Of a stretch of 64,000 nucleotides of DNA, positions 24,801-39,800 are shown one piece after another (the first letter of the stretch is position 1; each line of letters starts with the position of its first letter). The DNA is from Balanoglossus misakiensis (Eukaryota > Animalia > Hemichordata). Below the pieces are notes generated by a model, which was not told the origin of the DNA, ran no database searches, and saw only the letters and a list, made by a program, of their open reading frames with translations. A program made the position numbers and the translations under genes. Location of the stretch: the NCBI GenBank assembly GCA_040954595.2, contig CM082579.2, forward strand, positions 7,801,625 to 7,865,624, in the 5' to 3' direction.

Positions 24801-27800
24801 TAATGATGCAGCATGGGCTCTGCTTCAGCACATTGGACTTGATTGAGGCTGTTTTGAGAAGGGCGCCCTCAGTGTTGATAAGAATCAACAGGTGGCTTCT
24901 GTCATAAAACTCATTTTGTCTGGTTTTTTACTTCATGATGTTTTGGTCAGAAAGTGTTGTTTCTTTGTTATTACAGTATTATATTAAACTGTCACATAAT
25001 CTTAAAATGTGCAACAAAATTGAGAAACATGTCATGTTATCTCTTACACACTTATTACATGTAGATCGTAGTCCTGATCAATGTATAATGAAAATGGCCA
25101 TTGTCCCTACAAATCTGTATACGGTGTAACAAACCATTGCTCTACACGGACATTCAAATGGAAATCAGACTCATACAATAAAATGTAGTTCAGTGATCAC
25201 TACTTAAGAAGGGGGGGGGGCTTTGTTTGTGGCTGATAGTTTACTGTAACTAGCAAAGTGAATGATGGTTAAGAATTTGTCATTCACGGTTGCTATGGAG
25301 GCGACTGAGCGTTCTCAGCCGTTGCTCTGGTGGCCAGAACTTCTTGTGGAAGGAACAGTGGCTACCTTTTTTGTCATGATTTGAAGTCAGTGACATGCAG
25401 GGCGATGGTATTCCTTTGTTAAACGTACAAACACAATAACATGAATTGTTGTGCGCCTGAAGAAACATTAAATGAACGCTGAAGAGAGTCCTAGTGTCTG
25501 TGTATTGGGTGTGAGTAAATATATCGTGAGCTTCGTGTCCTGAGGGAAGGTGCTGTTGGTTTTGTTTACTGCGTGGCTGTGGTTGCGTTCTTTCTGGATT
25601 CCACAGGCCCTCAGCGTTCGCCGTCCTGACCCTGCACCGTTTGTTTTAAAGTACGCCTTGGCAACGGCAGTGAGTTTACACACCCCGCTGGTCTGTTTGT
25701 GGGTCACAAGTTAAAAGCACCTGTTGGTCGGGCCTTTTGTACGCACCACTTGCACCGGACAATAGCCGGCGTTGGATCACCCGAAAAAAAGTTTCAGCAG
25801 AACCGCGGTTCGACCCAGCTCGCGTGAATCGGGATAAGATTTGCTCGCAGAGTCAGCGTGTAAACACGGATGATTAGATTACACTGTAGTGTTCCGTTGG
25901 ATAGGGCAAAATCAAGGGGATTTTTATTGGATTGCTACAATACTTACAATGGACTTATTGAGTCTTGTAATGGAGTGCATGAGGTCACCGAGACTGTATT
26001 AACTCGGTAGCTAAGGTCAGCATGTCATCGCCATAGTGGTCAACCTACAAGCCACAGGACAACACAGGCACAGTAAAAACGGAATGTTTTGACAGTGATT
26101 TTGTTTTGTGAACAGGTTTGGTCTTGGAGGATATTGAGGTATTCTTTTATGATTTAGTCGTTCTTTTTATAAGTTGATGTAAGGAGGAAGTATATTTTGA
26201 GTAGTTCGGGTCATAGGTGTCTTTTTATATAGATTTTTTTCAAAAGCTTCAAAGTGCATAGTCAGTCAAGATAAATAATCCATGCCTTCAGTCAGAACTA
26301 AGACAGTTCATATTCACGACGTCTTTGCAAGAAAAGCTTTTATCAGTTAAAACACCTTGGAAATACTGTTAGAATTGTGCATGTTCATTTGCGGGCAGTT
26401 AACAATCATTTCTAAAAAAGGAAAGGGTCATGCAGCTTAATGTTGACTTTTATATTAGTTGACCATTGACGGCTCTATGTGTATGACTGCAGCTCAAACC
26501 AGATTATAGGAAATGCACAGCACGAAAGCTTCCAAACAAGTATTTTATTCATAGTCAGTATTTGTATAGTATTAAATTTGAATCGCTCCTCACGAAAACA
26601 GATTTTCATTAAGTCTTCGGATTTAGAAGAATATAGAGTGCTTTACTTTCATTTACATTAGCCTTAGCTCTGTGTTTATTCTGGTTTCCTCAGAGAAGAT
26701 TTGTTTGTTTTGCTTTTCAATTTCACCGAAGAGTTTTTCAATGGAGAGAGTGAATTCTTTGACATTAATACCCGTTCGGCTGCAGATAAGAGATATAGAT
26801 AGACATTAACATACGGATAATAGGTGCTAAAAGGCTGTGAGACGAGGATTTTATCATTCATAGTGAGTGGTTTTGTAGGTGAGCTGGGATTTTCTGTGTC
26901 CTCTGTATTTTTCTAAGTTCATAATTACCTTTGGTCATTTTCACTGTCTCAGAATACTTACGGCGGGTTTGATTTGCACATCATCATCGGATCGCTCGGA
27001 ATATTGGTTTGTGGTCCAAGTTTCAGACGAACTGCAGTCTGGTTGAACTTTCATAGTTAAACTCGAGGTGAACTTGATTGCAACCTATCAGCTTATCAAA
27101 CTCAGTGATAGAGTTTTGGCGTGCCCATCGCACACACAAGGAATTCCTGCAGAAGCAGTCCTGTATTCAAAGTCTGCACTTTTTCCTCAACCATGAACGT
27201 GTTGTCGTTCGGTCCCGCCAGCACCAAAGATGGCCACACGGTGACAGGCACCATAACAGACAGTGCAACGACCATCCCCATGTCGTGGTCTACCTCAGAT
27301 ATAACGGCGTTCTTGACAGAAGTCGAACGAGAACATTCCAACATTGAAGTTCTTCTTACGATCGAAGAGGTACATGTAAACACTTATATTTTATATTGAA
27401 CTTTTTTTCCTTTTTAATAAAAGCTTTTATTTGACTGCCAGAAAAGCACTGATTTGCACTATTGTTGCAACATGGCAAATCTACACCCACTATCTGCAAA
27501 ATCTAGAAATGAACTTTAAAACCTGATAAGCCTGAAATACGACACCTGCGTTCCTTGAGGAGGTCAAGTGAGGGTTTTAAATAAGTATCAGTTCTAGGGC
27601 CGAAAAAGGGCTCAACAATGCATGCCTCTGAAGTGGTCAAACACCACATTTACAAAATTGACAATGTATCAACAGGTAGTACCAGTCATTGGATACATTG
27701 TATCTAATTACTGTGATAAGATGACAGATCTACTAAGTGGTTTGTTCACCCCCAAAGTAACCAATATGGGCCTTAATGAGCGGTCTTTAGCTTTGATCTT

Positions 27801-30800
27801 CCCACTTAACACAGGTACATGTAGACTGTAGAGCCTTCATTTTATCTTACACACCATGTATATTTCCATGAACAACCACGGTGATACATAACTTGACCTG
27901 TTTCCATGGAAATTAACAAGAATATATCATTTTCTGATGATACATAATTCCTAATACAATGAAGCAAGTAAGCATTGTTTTTTGTTTTCCTTGGTTTTTC
28001 GACTGGTGGTTAAATAATGATTTTTTTAAAAGGAGCCTTACCTGTGGTACTCGAACCAGTCTTGGAGGCCGCATGCTTAGATGCCTCACACAAACATACA
28101 TGTAGGCTTACTGCAATATGCACAGCCGCAACTGGCAGCAGTTGACCTTTGACCCCTGACAAATTTGCTTTCGCGCTGTGAAATGTATGTTGGGGTTAAC
28201 GAGGGGAAGAAATTGAAACACATGTTTTTGTGGATGAATGAACAGTGATCGAACCGCTTGCGATTGCTGCAGGAATTTAGAATGCGCTCTGTCATCGCCT
28301 TGGTAACCCAGTGAAGCCAAAATACACAAAAGAGTGGTATGTTCGTACATTCTCCACAGTTTGTGGGAAAAACTCTTACCTGAATCAGTTGCATCCCATT
28401 TAGTGGACAGCCAAGATTTATCAGGAGTTTTAATGGATAGTGTAATTGGCATACTCATGGTTTAGGGAAGTAATATTGTAAATCGGCAGGGAAAATATAT
28501 AACTTCTACATCACTGTGAAGTATAAAATACCAACTGCTAACTGTTTAATAATCGAATATATTAGAATCGGCCATAAATCATTTGCCAGGGCCGGCGTAT
28601 TTCCGACGCTGTGGTTGTAACGGATATGCATTGACACGATATGAAAGTCTAACTCCACCATGGCCATGCCATTACAATGCATTAAGGCATGTGCATAGGT
28701 ATTTAGTGAGTCCATGTGCTGCGGCAACATTTTAATTATACTTTTACCACAATGCAGGGATATTTATTATTAATGGCCGACTGGCTGAATTATTTCCTGA
28801 CTGTGTCGCGGGGCATACGTCAGGCGTAATGAGATTTCGGCCCCGTAATGTATTTTGGAAAAAAAAAAAAGAAGAAACATCTGCCACAGCTCTGGCAATT
28901 GTTTACTCAGTCACCGAGGCAATGAAATTGGCGAATTCTTCACTTGTGTGGTTTTGGTGGTGTGCTGTTCAGCAGCGAGGGTTTTAAGGCAGGAACGCGA
29001 AGTTTAGCTCGTGATCGCTGATCTTTCCGGGTGTAACGCGAAATAATCCAGAGTGATCCGTAACAGGCATATTCCGTCCAGCACGGAATATTAGTAAACC
29101 ACCGTGATGATGCGGAGAAGGGTCTGCATTCCCCAAGTGGATGCTGAGGAGTTTGAAAAATTTCTCAAGGAGGTAGGGGGAAAAATTTAAAGATTTTTTT
29201 GTCAGAATTTGTGAGAGGGTTACAGGAAACATTTGATGTAATTTTAGTATTCATAAATTCTAAGTATTGTGCAGAATATGATGTGTTTGTGTTATCGGTC
29301 GGAAGTCAAAGGTGATTTTCCTGGCAAATGGTATTTTTTTTTAAATACAGAAACTTTTTAGGAACAAAAATGATTTTGTTCTGCTAGTATACAGTCAGTG
29401 TTTGGGACAAAGGACATGAACAAGTTGATACTCCTTCCAGATTTAAATCTGAAGGTGCGAAAAAATGTGCAATCAAATCATGTTATGGTAAAATATTTAT
29501 TGAGGCTGAAACATTGTTCACTATAGCTGCTTCGTCTTCGATTTTGCATTTGCAACCTGAATTCCTAATCTCCTGTGATGGGAAAATTGCATGGCAACCA
29601 GAAAATAATCTCATTTCAAAAAGGAATGATTTTGTAAATATGTGAATGCAGCAGCTGTTTATATCAAGAGAGCTTAATATTGTTGACATCTAATAGAACT
29701 GTCATGACAATTTTCTCCAACAATCATGAATTATTGAGCTGTCCACCCCTATTTACGAGTACAGAGGCCCGGTCTCCACGTATTGATTTTATGATTTTTA
29801 AAAGTAATCAAGAGCTCAGAAACTGATGTTTGTATGCCAGCTACAAGATTGTACATTCTGTTAAATGTTTTTGCAATATACAAATGTAAAAACCTGTTTG
29901 CACATACTGAACTGTGTTTTATATCTCTGTGTAAGGAAACATTTTGTCGAAGCGCAGTAATGAAATAGTTTTGATCCCAGTTTAAATGAAACTGAGCTAT
30001 GCATAATATTCCCTGCATATACAATACCTGCATTTACAAAGTGCAGTAATCATGTATCTGGAACATATGTGGTTATTTTGGATCAAATCATGGGATTTTG
30101 TGGTCGTGTCGGTCGTGACTTTGAGTTTGAGTCATGATCTCCCATGCATTGCCCATACTCTCTTACTGTAACAGAAAAACTGTTTTCATGCACATTTGGC
30201 ATGTTACAATGTATACAATTGGGACCAAAACCCTTTTGTACGTGTTTCATCCTACTGTACAGATAATAACAAAAATAGAAATCCATTTGGAGATAATAAA
30301 TATTTCAAATGCTGTGTCTTTCACAAGAGTGTTGATATTTCGAACAGTTGAATAATTGATGTCATAGCTGTAAAGGTAGCTAAATATGGTTTTCAATAAT
30401 GTATTAATTTATGCGTGCAATGCCCAGGATGAAACCATTTATACTTAAGGAAAAACAAAAAGCGTAACATAGTGATATTTGAAAAGTCAAGTAAGCATGT
30501 ATGTGACATTTACTTTGAAATGGAGAATCTGCCGGTAAGTGTTTCATCTGTTGCTGGTGATCCTGTCCACCTTGTTCAACATTTTTATGATAAGATTATG
30601 GTAAAAGTTTGCTGATGGAGAAGATAAAGAGAGTATCAGACGAGGACAGACAATCAGAGAGGGGGAGGGGGAGGGGGGCCTGGTGGTGAGGGGAGATAAT
30701 GGGATCAAAATGAGGGAGATGCCATATTTTACAGCTGTGTGTGTGCATCCTGTATAATATACAACACCATACAATACAATAATTGTATTGTACATGTATT

Positions 30801-33800
30801 GTATCCAATGAATATCACACTATACTGTGTTGTATTGTATGGTAGAGGTACATGTATTACACATCGTTTATTCCAGGTGTATTTTCCTGGGGTATTGTGG
30901 ATGATGGTGTGGTACTCCAGCACAGCACAAAACATCAGTTTTCCCGAATGGACATACATGTATCATAATACACACTATATACTTCACATATACAGCACTG
31001 TTTCGTCCATAACATCCCCCTTCAGAATCTGATGCAACAGAGAAATCTGAGATCCAATGACTCAATTTCCATGTACTACTTAAAAGTTTCTTCCCCAATG
31101 TCTGTGAAGTAGACAGAGCGGTGTTGATTGTCGATTCACTGTGACACACACCGGCAACAGGAAATAGTTCCAAATGGCTTTCTCTCCCGCAGAAACCTCT
31201 AAAAGCATCCGTTATCGGAAAACGATTCTGCTACTGTGTTTCCCAAAGATACCGATGAAACAGTTCCATTAAAAATGCTCTCTGCAGTGTACCATTTAAA
31301 AGTATGGTTAGTCTTGATTCATGTAGATGTATGTTAATGATGATAATAGCGAGTTCTTATATAAAGCGCACATATCCACAAGTGATCGTGGCGCTATAGA
31401 ATTTATGTTGATGAAATAAAATGTTCCCAGTATGGAGTTATCCCTTTTTCCTGTTTTTCGGCAACTGTTCTATCAGCCAGCTAATCTCTACATGTATCTT
31501 TTTTTGTTATTCGCAGATTGAAGAGAAAATTAACCTTGAGCATCTTCACAGTCTTAAAAAATCATTTGAGGTAAGTACGCACATTTGAAGTGCTAAAACA
31601 TCAGGCACTCAAAACCTGTCCAAGCAATAGTGTGTGTAACCAGACAACATTTAGAATTCAAGAAACCACTCAGATATACAAGTGATAAAAAATTATTGTT
31701 TGAAGACTTTGAATTTGAAAAGTTTTTTTTTTTATATAACTTGAACACAATCATGCAAAGCTAATATTTTCTGCATGTGTCATCAAAAATGAGTAATATA
31801 TTTTATTTTTCAGAAATGTTAATTTTGGTTGAAATGTTTGGTTTCTCACAGGCAGCTGATACAAGTGGCACTGGAACTCTATCACTCGAAGAATTTAAGG
31901 AAGTCATTAGGAATTCATTAGGATTGAAAAGGGTAAAGATGCATTGATATTCCCAACAACAGTGTAATCTTTTATCGAAAAGATTTGTATGTACTCTATT
32001 TATATTATAAAATATGCGATAATTATTTTATCTAGTCAAATTTTGATTGAAAAGGGTGGATATGCATTGATATTCCTGTAATCTTTATCAAAAAGATTTG
32101 TATGTACGCTATTTATATTATGATAAATATGTGATAATTATTTATCTAGTCGAATTGAATACTTGACCACCATGATATTTTTCCTTGTGATGAATCAATA
32201 TGTGATTTATTTTATAGAGAGAAAAATAGTGCATGAAAATAATCTTTAGAAGGTTTAAATTGATTTTCTGAAGAATTTGTTTAGTGTGGTTGAAAATTAG
32301 TAAAAGAAGTTTTTTTCAGAAAGCATAGTTTTAGTCTTATATGATATTCTCTCATCTCATGGAACCATTGTGCTCACCCGACCTTGACTTTTAAAAGCCA
32401 ATAACAAGATTTCCAACTTATTGTTGTTATTTTACCCGCAGAATGATGATCAAATTACAGCTCTATTTATGAAAATAGATTCCCTGTCCGAGGGCAAAAT
32501 AGCTTGGGTAAGTTTATGATATTAGTTTTATATACTTTTCTGTGTTGTATTTGGAAACTCTTGAAAACCAGGTATTTTCAGATCTTTGTGCAGAAAATTA
32601 TAGAGGTTTAGTGCACACAGATGTAGAGATGGTTGACATTACACCATGATCACCCAAGAAATCCGTAATATGCAATTATGCTCCAATTGTTATTTCACAA
32701 CATTGCAGTGTGTACAGGTCATGACTGAGATGTGAGCATCATGCATTTTACCGCTCGCTTTTGTAGGATGAGTTCTGTACATACATGCAGTTGGAATACG
32801 CCGAGAAGGAAGATGCGTATCTTCGACAGAAAGAAGTTTCTTTCAGCACACCGGCCATGGTGGAGAGTACGCCCCACAGGGAAACCATTTTGCGAATCAA
32901 CAACATGTCAGACGGCATATTCGTTGCAGTCAGTCAGGTAAGTTTATGTACTTTGTTTGGTTTACGGTTGCCCCATTCCCTGCCAAGTATCTTCCACCTT
33001 CAACAAAATATGATTTTTTTGCTCAATCTCGTAGACATTTCTAAATGACAAGACCTTTCAATTGCAGTTGTGATGGAAAAAATTGGTACAACCCTGCTCC
33101 AAAAATGTATTTGCGAAGTAAAATTGTATGATTCGACAAAATGTAGGCTAAAATTATATTTGTGTGTGTAATGATAAGGTTACTAAGGACACTGTGTATA
33201 GGTCAGAGTCCAAGTTGTACCAAAATAAAAATAAAAATTTACAGGTGAAGGTCAAGTATAATATTTACAGAAGGTAATAAAACAGAGTGAGAATATATGT
33301 CTTAATTTGACTACTACTGTAATATTCAGTAAAATTCTTCTATTTCAGGATGGCACGATATCCTTCTGGAACAGCCAGTTAGATTTAAAAAGGACGAAAA
33401 CATTGATGGTGAGTGGAAATTACATTGATAAACACTGGCTATGTGTATTGTATATGTTCTGTTCACAAGTCAACACTAAATGTTGGAATTTCATGATGTA
33501 AAAAAATTCGGGAAATCAGGTCTTGTTGAGACTGTATGTGTAGTGGATTTATTTTTGTATTTATTTGTTGATGATTTGCTGACAATATTTTTATGAATAC
33601 TAATGTTTTGATGATTTAAAAACATGATATGTTTGATTATTTTTAGTCTGACCAGAACATCAACAGACAAAAACCCAAATGGATCACAGACATGGTCCTT
33701 ATGCAGCAATACAACAAAATCATTCTAGGAACGGGGTAAGTCTTTATACCTAATCCCACAATATGAACATCGTCGAATTCATTGCATATTTTTTATCAGC

Positions 33801-36800
33801 CTGAATCTCTGACTCTACGGACTTTCAAAAAATACATCATCTTCACATTGAGTTCCACCAGTTTCTATATGCTCGCTTGGTTGCTATGCCCGTGTTTATA
33901 ATGTTTATCTCTCTCTTGTATCACAGTGACAGAGAAATTCAGTTTTATGAGTCATCGACCTTTGAACCCTACTGTCAGGTCAGCGGACTAGAGACTGTGC
34001 CCTTGAAATTAGCATACTGGTAAGTTATACATACATGTACATGTACAATGGCAGCATTGTTTTTGTAGTGAGAAACAAAGTGAGTGGGAAGACAGAAATT
34101 AAATGCATGGTCCCTGCAATTTTTTATGTCTCAACAGCTTCTTTCAAACTGCAGGATTTGGAGGGGGTGAATACAGATAATAAATTTAAATCTTAATTTT
34201 CTGTTTTAAGTTTATTTTATGATCACAAAAACTTACTTATATTTTTGTGTTGATTGCAGTCCGACTGGCTACGATGAATGTCTGATAATGTACGGAGACG
34301 TGGACGGCTGTGTTAATATTATCGTCATCTATGCCACTGGAGAAACGCTCAGGTAAGCTTTGGTGGGATAGGAAATTCCTTGGCTCAATAAAATATGGTT
34401 CACAATCAGTTAAATCTACATTGTACTGTCTTAACATGTTTGCCAATAAATATCTTGGTATATGCCTAAAGTGGTTGAACCAGTAGTGTGAGGAATGCTG
34501 CAAGTGTGGTTTTTGCACTGATGGTTATGAAGAGGTGGGTCATGTTGCCAAATTCACCCCTACATGCAAACTTGTCCGGTATCAGGAAAGATCAACAGCA
34601 CTACATCGATGAATTCTTCTTTCTCAGTGGTGAACCTTGACAAAATTGTACAAGTGGTAAACTGTTGAATTATTCAAAATTATTCATAGTGGACAATTTG
34701 CATATTTCAGGACATGGAAGAAGATGCCAAAGACGGACGGCATTGCCAGCGTGACCTTGGAGAAGGTCGCGCACAACGTCAACGGGCTGACCAAGTTCAT
34801 CCGCTGGAAAGTGCACGAGGACTGGGTGTTGGAGCTCAAATACTACGAGGAGCTTCGGTCCATCATATCCTGTTCAAATCACGAAAACACTGCCTTGGTG
34901 ATAGGTGAGTTTGCAGAGCAGACTTTGGGAGACCGGGAGAATGCACGATATTCCAAGCTCACGGTATCAGAATTCCACAGTTGAAACACCTGTATGAAAC
35001 TAGAACTCTCTTCCAAATAGTTCACCCAGTGTACATCCAATGTTTTTGGTATAATTTGATAGACAATCCTGCTTTGCGAAATGAATAATATTATCGATTT
35101 CAACCATCTCTGTTTTCCCCCCAACCAGGAAGTACAATGGGAAGCACACACGTAGAATCTCAGCTACGTGAAATCAAGGAGTCGTTGAACTCATTCGGGA
35201 ATGATAGAAAGGGACCAAAGCTTAGCCAACAGAACTACATCCAGACCAAGAGGCGAATGGAATCGGATCAAACGGTCTTCAAGGTGTACAAAGGGGTCAA
35301 GACGTTCGATTACTCTAAAGAAAGGAACATCATTGTGACAGGCGGTATGGATCGGATAGTCAGAATCTGGAATCCTTATGTTCCAAGGTATAATTGATTT
35401 TAAACTTTTATTTTCTTACATCTTTCCCCATTTGATTTAGTTATTATTTATTTTGGCTGTTTAAAGAAAGTTTTCCATTGCCATGAAAGACCTACTGTAC
35501 ATACATGTACTTTGATGCTGAGTGCGGGTGCGGTCAGAAAAACAAAATAATTGATCGTTTTTTGCCTGTAGAGGGCACTACACTGTTTGCCTGAAGTTTA
35601 ATTGAAGTAAAAACAAAGGGAAACTGCTATGTGTTTTAGAGGGCGCTATAACATTCTCGTTGTTTTTCGTCACACTTCAGTGCCACTTTTCTCCACTGTC
35701 GTTTACTTTTTAAACCTCCAATGAGAAAACAAATGAAAAATTTAGAGAAGAGTTTCAAAGTTACCATTTGCAATAAAGTTTGATGGCCATGTGTTGGCTG
35801 TCAGAGTGCTCTCTAAGCTAATGTGATATGTCACTGATGAAAAGACAAAAATTAATTGTGACAAGACAAGTGCTTGCTCTTGCATAGATATGGAACTGAT
35901 GCAAAGTAATTGTACATCCCGAAACTCCACTTAATAATGTAGAGTTTCAGCATTATGTTTGATAGAGGTCACATTGTTGGTAATTATTCTGAAGTAGTGA
36001 ATGAATTGAAATGGACATTGACGTCAGAGCGTAAATAATTGATGAATGTGACAGAGGTCATTATTGACCATGTGATAATAGAAGCTCCTTGAGACTAGGG
36101 AAGTTTCAGTGTTTTGTGTGAATGCTTGCGACAAAACCCAGAAATCTAATTGATTTCCAGAATTGTCAGTGTCTGTATTTGTTTATTCCACCAGCGAGGC
36201 CCTTTGCTATTTTGAGTTTTGGAAAAAAAACATATAGCCTTTTCCAGATTTGTTCCATAAATTATGTCTTTCTAGGTATAAGGAGAATGGCATGTTCTTC
36301 TTTAGCCAAAGTGAAATCAGATCGAGACATACACACAACAGTTTCAGTGTGAGGTTAAAGTTCTTTCTTCTCCTGCCACCAGTTGGTTAATTAACATCAA
36401 CAGTCGCACTGTTGATGTTAATTAAAGCAAGATTAGACTCTTAGCAGCCTTTAATAAACAAAATCCGAGACTAAGCATAGAACTGTTACATTCTGATTTA
36501 GACATCGCAATGTGAATTAAGCTGCATTATAGATTACGGGTACTCTGCATTGTTGCATCGAATAGGAAAGTTCCACAACTTATGCAAGGTGGGAGAACTG
36601 CAATGGATTATGGGATTTCCTGATAGAATCCTAAGGGGATCAATAAATAGTAATCTTCTTACGGCATGGTTAGTATTGTCCCGTCACGGCACCCAATCGG
36701 TTAACTAGCCAATACATTCTATTGTTGCACGCCCGCTAAGAACTCCGTAGGCTTTCACAGTCACCGTTGATCCGTGGTACCAAATAATTGATGAGACGGC

Positions 36801-39800
36801 CGGTTTCCATAGCTAGATTTACTGAGCGTTTGGGGTTGGATGTGTGTTTGCATCGGCCATGAGAAACCTCTGCTGTGGAATGGCGTGTTTTGCACCCGCA
36901 CACTGACATGACAGCGGGGTTTACTGCTCAGGTGGGGGAAGGAGAGATCACAATACGCTCATTAATTGCGTTTTTCACGCGCTTGTTAATTCCCTCTGAC
37001 TTTGTGACGCTTGTTTTGTTTGTTGTCAGCGAGTACAGTTCCATGCAAAGCGGGTCCCATTGTCGCCGCTGCCGTCTTTTGCATAAAACTTCTTATCTGA
37101 GATTATTTCTCTTCTGATTTGTTTTGTTTTTTCTTCTACAGTAAACCCACTGGGATGCTTCGAGGCCACAATGCGCCAATCTTTTATCTCTCTATAGCTG
37201 CAGACGAAAACAGAATCTACAGCATTTCCACTGACAAAACCGTGCGGGTGAGTACTGGCCAAAAAGTTCTCTGTTTTGCAGTCTTTTTTTCCTTTTTCTT
37301 AAGCTGTATTTTTGTTAAGTAATGCAAAAATGTGTCGAATCTATCCTGTTATCAGATATTGAGAATCTTTTTTGTTTGTTTGTGAACACACATAACCTGA
37401 TAAAAATTGTGTTAGGTAGTAATGGTTTAAATAAGTGAATAATGAGAAAATATAAATAATATTATTACTAGAGAATATGTCATAAATAAATTAAGAGTAC
37501 CAGTTCGTCGATGGTTTTGAAATAAGCTCAGGTTCAAAGATGTAGTTAGAAGGGGAGGGGTGTAACTAATAAGCTGTTATCATTTATTTTAATTAAATTA
37601 AACTCCAATCTCCATTTGCATCAAGGCACTGATTAGATATCTGTGTTGGCTTTGACGTCTGGCAGGCCAAGCATTATCATGGCTGTTCCGGAATGTATTT
37701 CAACAGGCTAAGTTCTGCCTGGGCTTGTAGAATACACATTGGCTGCCAGGTGGTTGTGTGATTGGAGCACTGTCATTTCCAATCAAACCACTGCAATTCT
37801 ATGTTTTTAGTCATCAATATACACAACAGTCAGTTTCAGTGCTGAGAGTTTTGACGTATTTGACAGCAAATTAATTCACCATCAACTATTTGGCTTACAA
37901 TTTCTTTTCTTTCTTCTAGGTTTGGGATATTAAGGACCAAACCTGCATGCTGACGTTGCGTCCAAAGGCACACAAGATCAGAGGCGACATACAGGCCTGC
38001 CATTACAATAGAGTTACCCGAAGTCTGGCCATTGCCACCGACCAGATGGCTTTGCTGAATCAGAAAGTCAAGTAAGTTCTGTGTGTTGCCAGTGCCTCAT
38101 CCTATGTTGTACATTTATCATAATTTTTCAGTGTAGAGTCTATTTATTTGGATCACTGTTCATACACTAATGCCCTGATTTTTTTTTCAATTTCTAGACC
38201 TCAGCAGTTTGCAGATATTGTCATAACACACAAGGAACCCGTCCATTGTTGTAAATATAACGCCAGTTTCAAACAGGTTGTCACCTGTTCCGATGGCTCA
38301 GTAAGTAAAGATTTTTTTATCAGTATAGAGGACCGTGCATCTGATTTTTAGATACTTTTTATTATTATACTAATGACATATGGTATAGCAACAGATAATT
38401 GTGCAACATCTATGGATCATTAACATTGTAGGTTTGTACAGTGGTTATGTTCCAACAAGGTTTTTGTATAAGACAGTCTGTTGCAACAGAATCACCTGTA
38501 ACCTCTTTTCTCTCTCTTCCTCCTTCCCTGTCTTACTGTACAGGCCATCAAACTCTGGGAATTTGAAACGGGAAAGCCAGTCTTTGAATTCTCCCAAGCG
38601 CATGGAGACGCTGCAATAACGTGTATGACATTTGACAACACGGGAAGACGACTCATAACTGGAGGACGCGACGGAAAACTTAAAGTCTGGAACTATAATA
38701 ATGGACACTGCCTCAAAACATTAGAAAAAGGTAACTGTTGGACCTATTATTAAATACTTTGCTTTAAAAAAAATCAAATGGAAGTCAAATGATGAAACTG
38801 CAGCTTATATGGTAAATATCAAAATCAAAAATGTTGTGGCTATACTGGAGCTTTTATTTTCATAAAACATCTAAAATTTCTTTTTGAGAACGACAGAACA
38901 ATTTTCTGTTGAAAGTCACAGTTCGGGTCCACAGCAAAACAGACAGACATGGTTCAAGTCTGTTTTTCTTCATTCATTATTTTCTTTCACTCTGTCTGTT
39001 TACAGAAGACAATGATGAAGAAATCACTAGTATAAATTATATAGAAATGAACAGGAATCGCTACATCATCTCTGTGGGCTGGGACAGAAGAATTAACATC
39101 TACACCGACTCCAGTGACGATTTTCACCACGTGCAGAGACCACTTCCGAAGTGGCAGGACGACGTGGTAAGTTCTTCAATGTTAGGGTGTGGCACCCCCT
39201 GGCGTGATTATGCAAATTAATCAGGTGACTGTCCTTTGACTGGCATGCAAAGCATTGCACTGTTGTGGCTTCAACTTTGTTTTTCAATAAACTTCACATT
39301 TGAATATAAAAAAATGGAATATCAATTCGCGAATACAAGTACACTATACACATGTGCAGTGTTTCAGTGGTGCTTTCGAGGAAAAAGTATTCTCTTTGGT
39401 CGAAATTTTAATTTTAATGATATTTTGCTACAGTTTGAGTAGCAGCAGGAAGAATGGCCAGTCAAAACATGCATATCAGAATAATCTTTGTCATCTGTAC
39501 TTTTCATAGAAATATGGACACAAAGAAGATATCCTCTCGCTCGCTGCATGCCCGCCAAATCTTTTGGCAAGTTCGAGTTACGACGGTGAAGTCATAGTGT
39601 GGAATCTCGTGTCGGGACACATCTATTGCCACCTGAGATCAAACCAGCCCCAGGGATACCAGCATTCATCTTGTAAGTGACTGCAGGAAAAGGTCAAACA
39701 TACTTGACAGAAATTCTTAAGTCCTCTCACCTCGATATTGAACAAGTTGGAAGTGGAGACCAGATTTGCGACAGACAGATCTCTTAATCACTTTTGTTTG

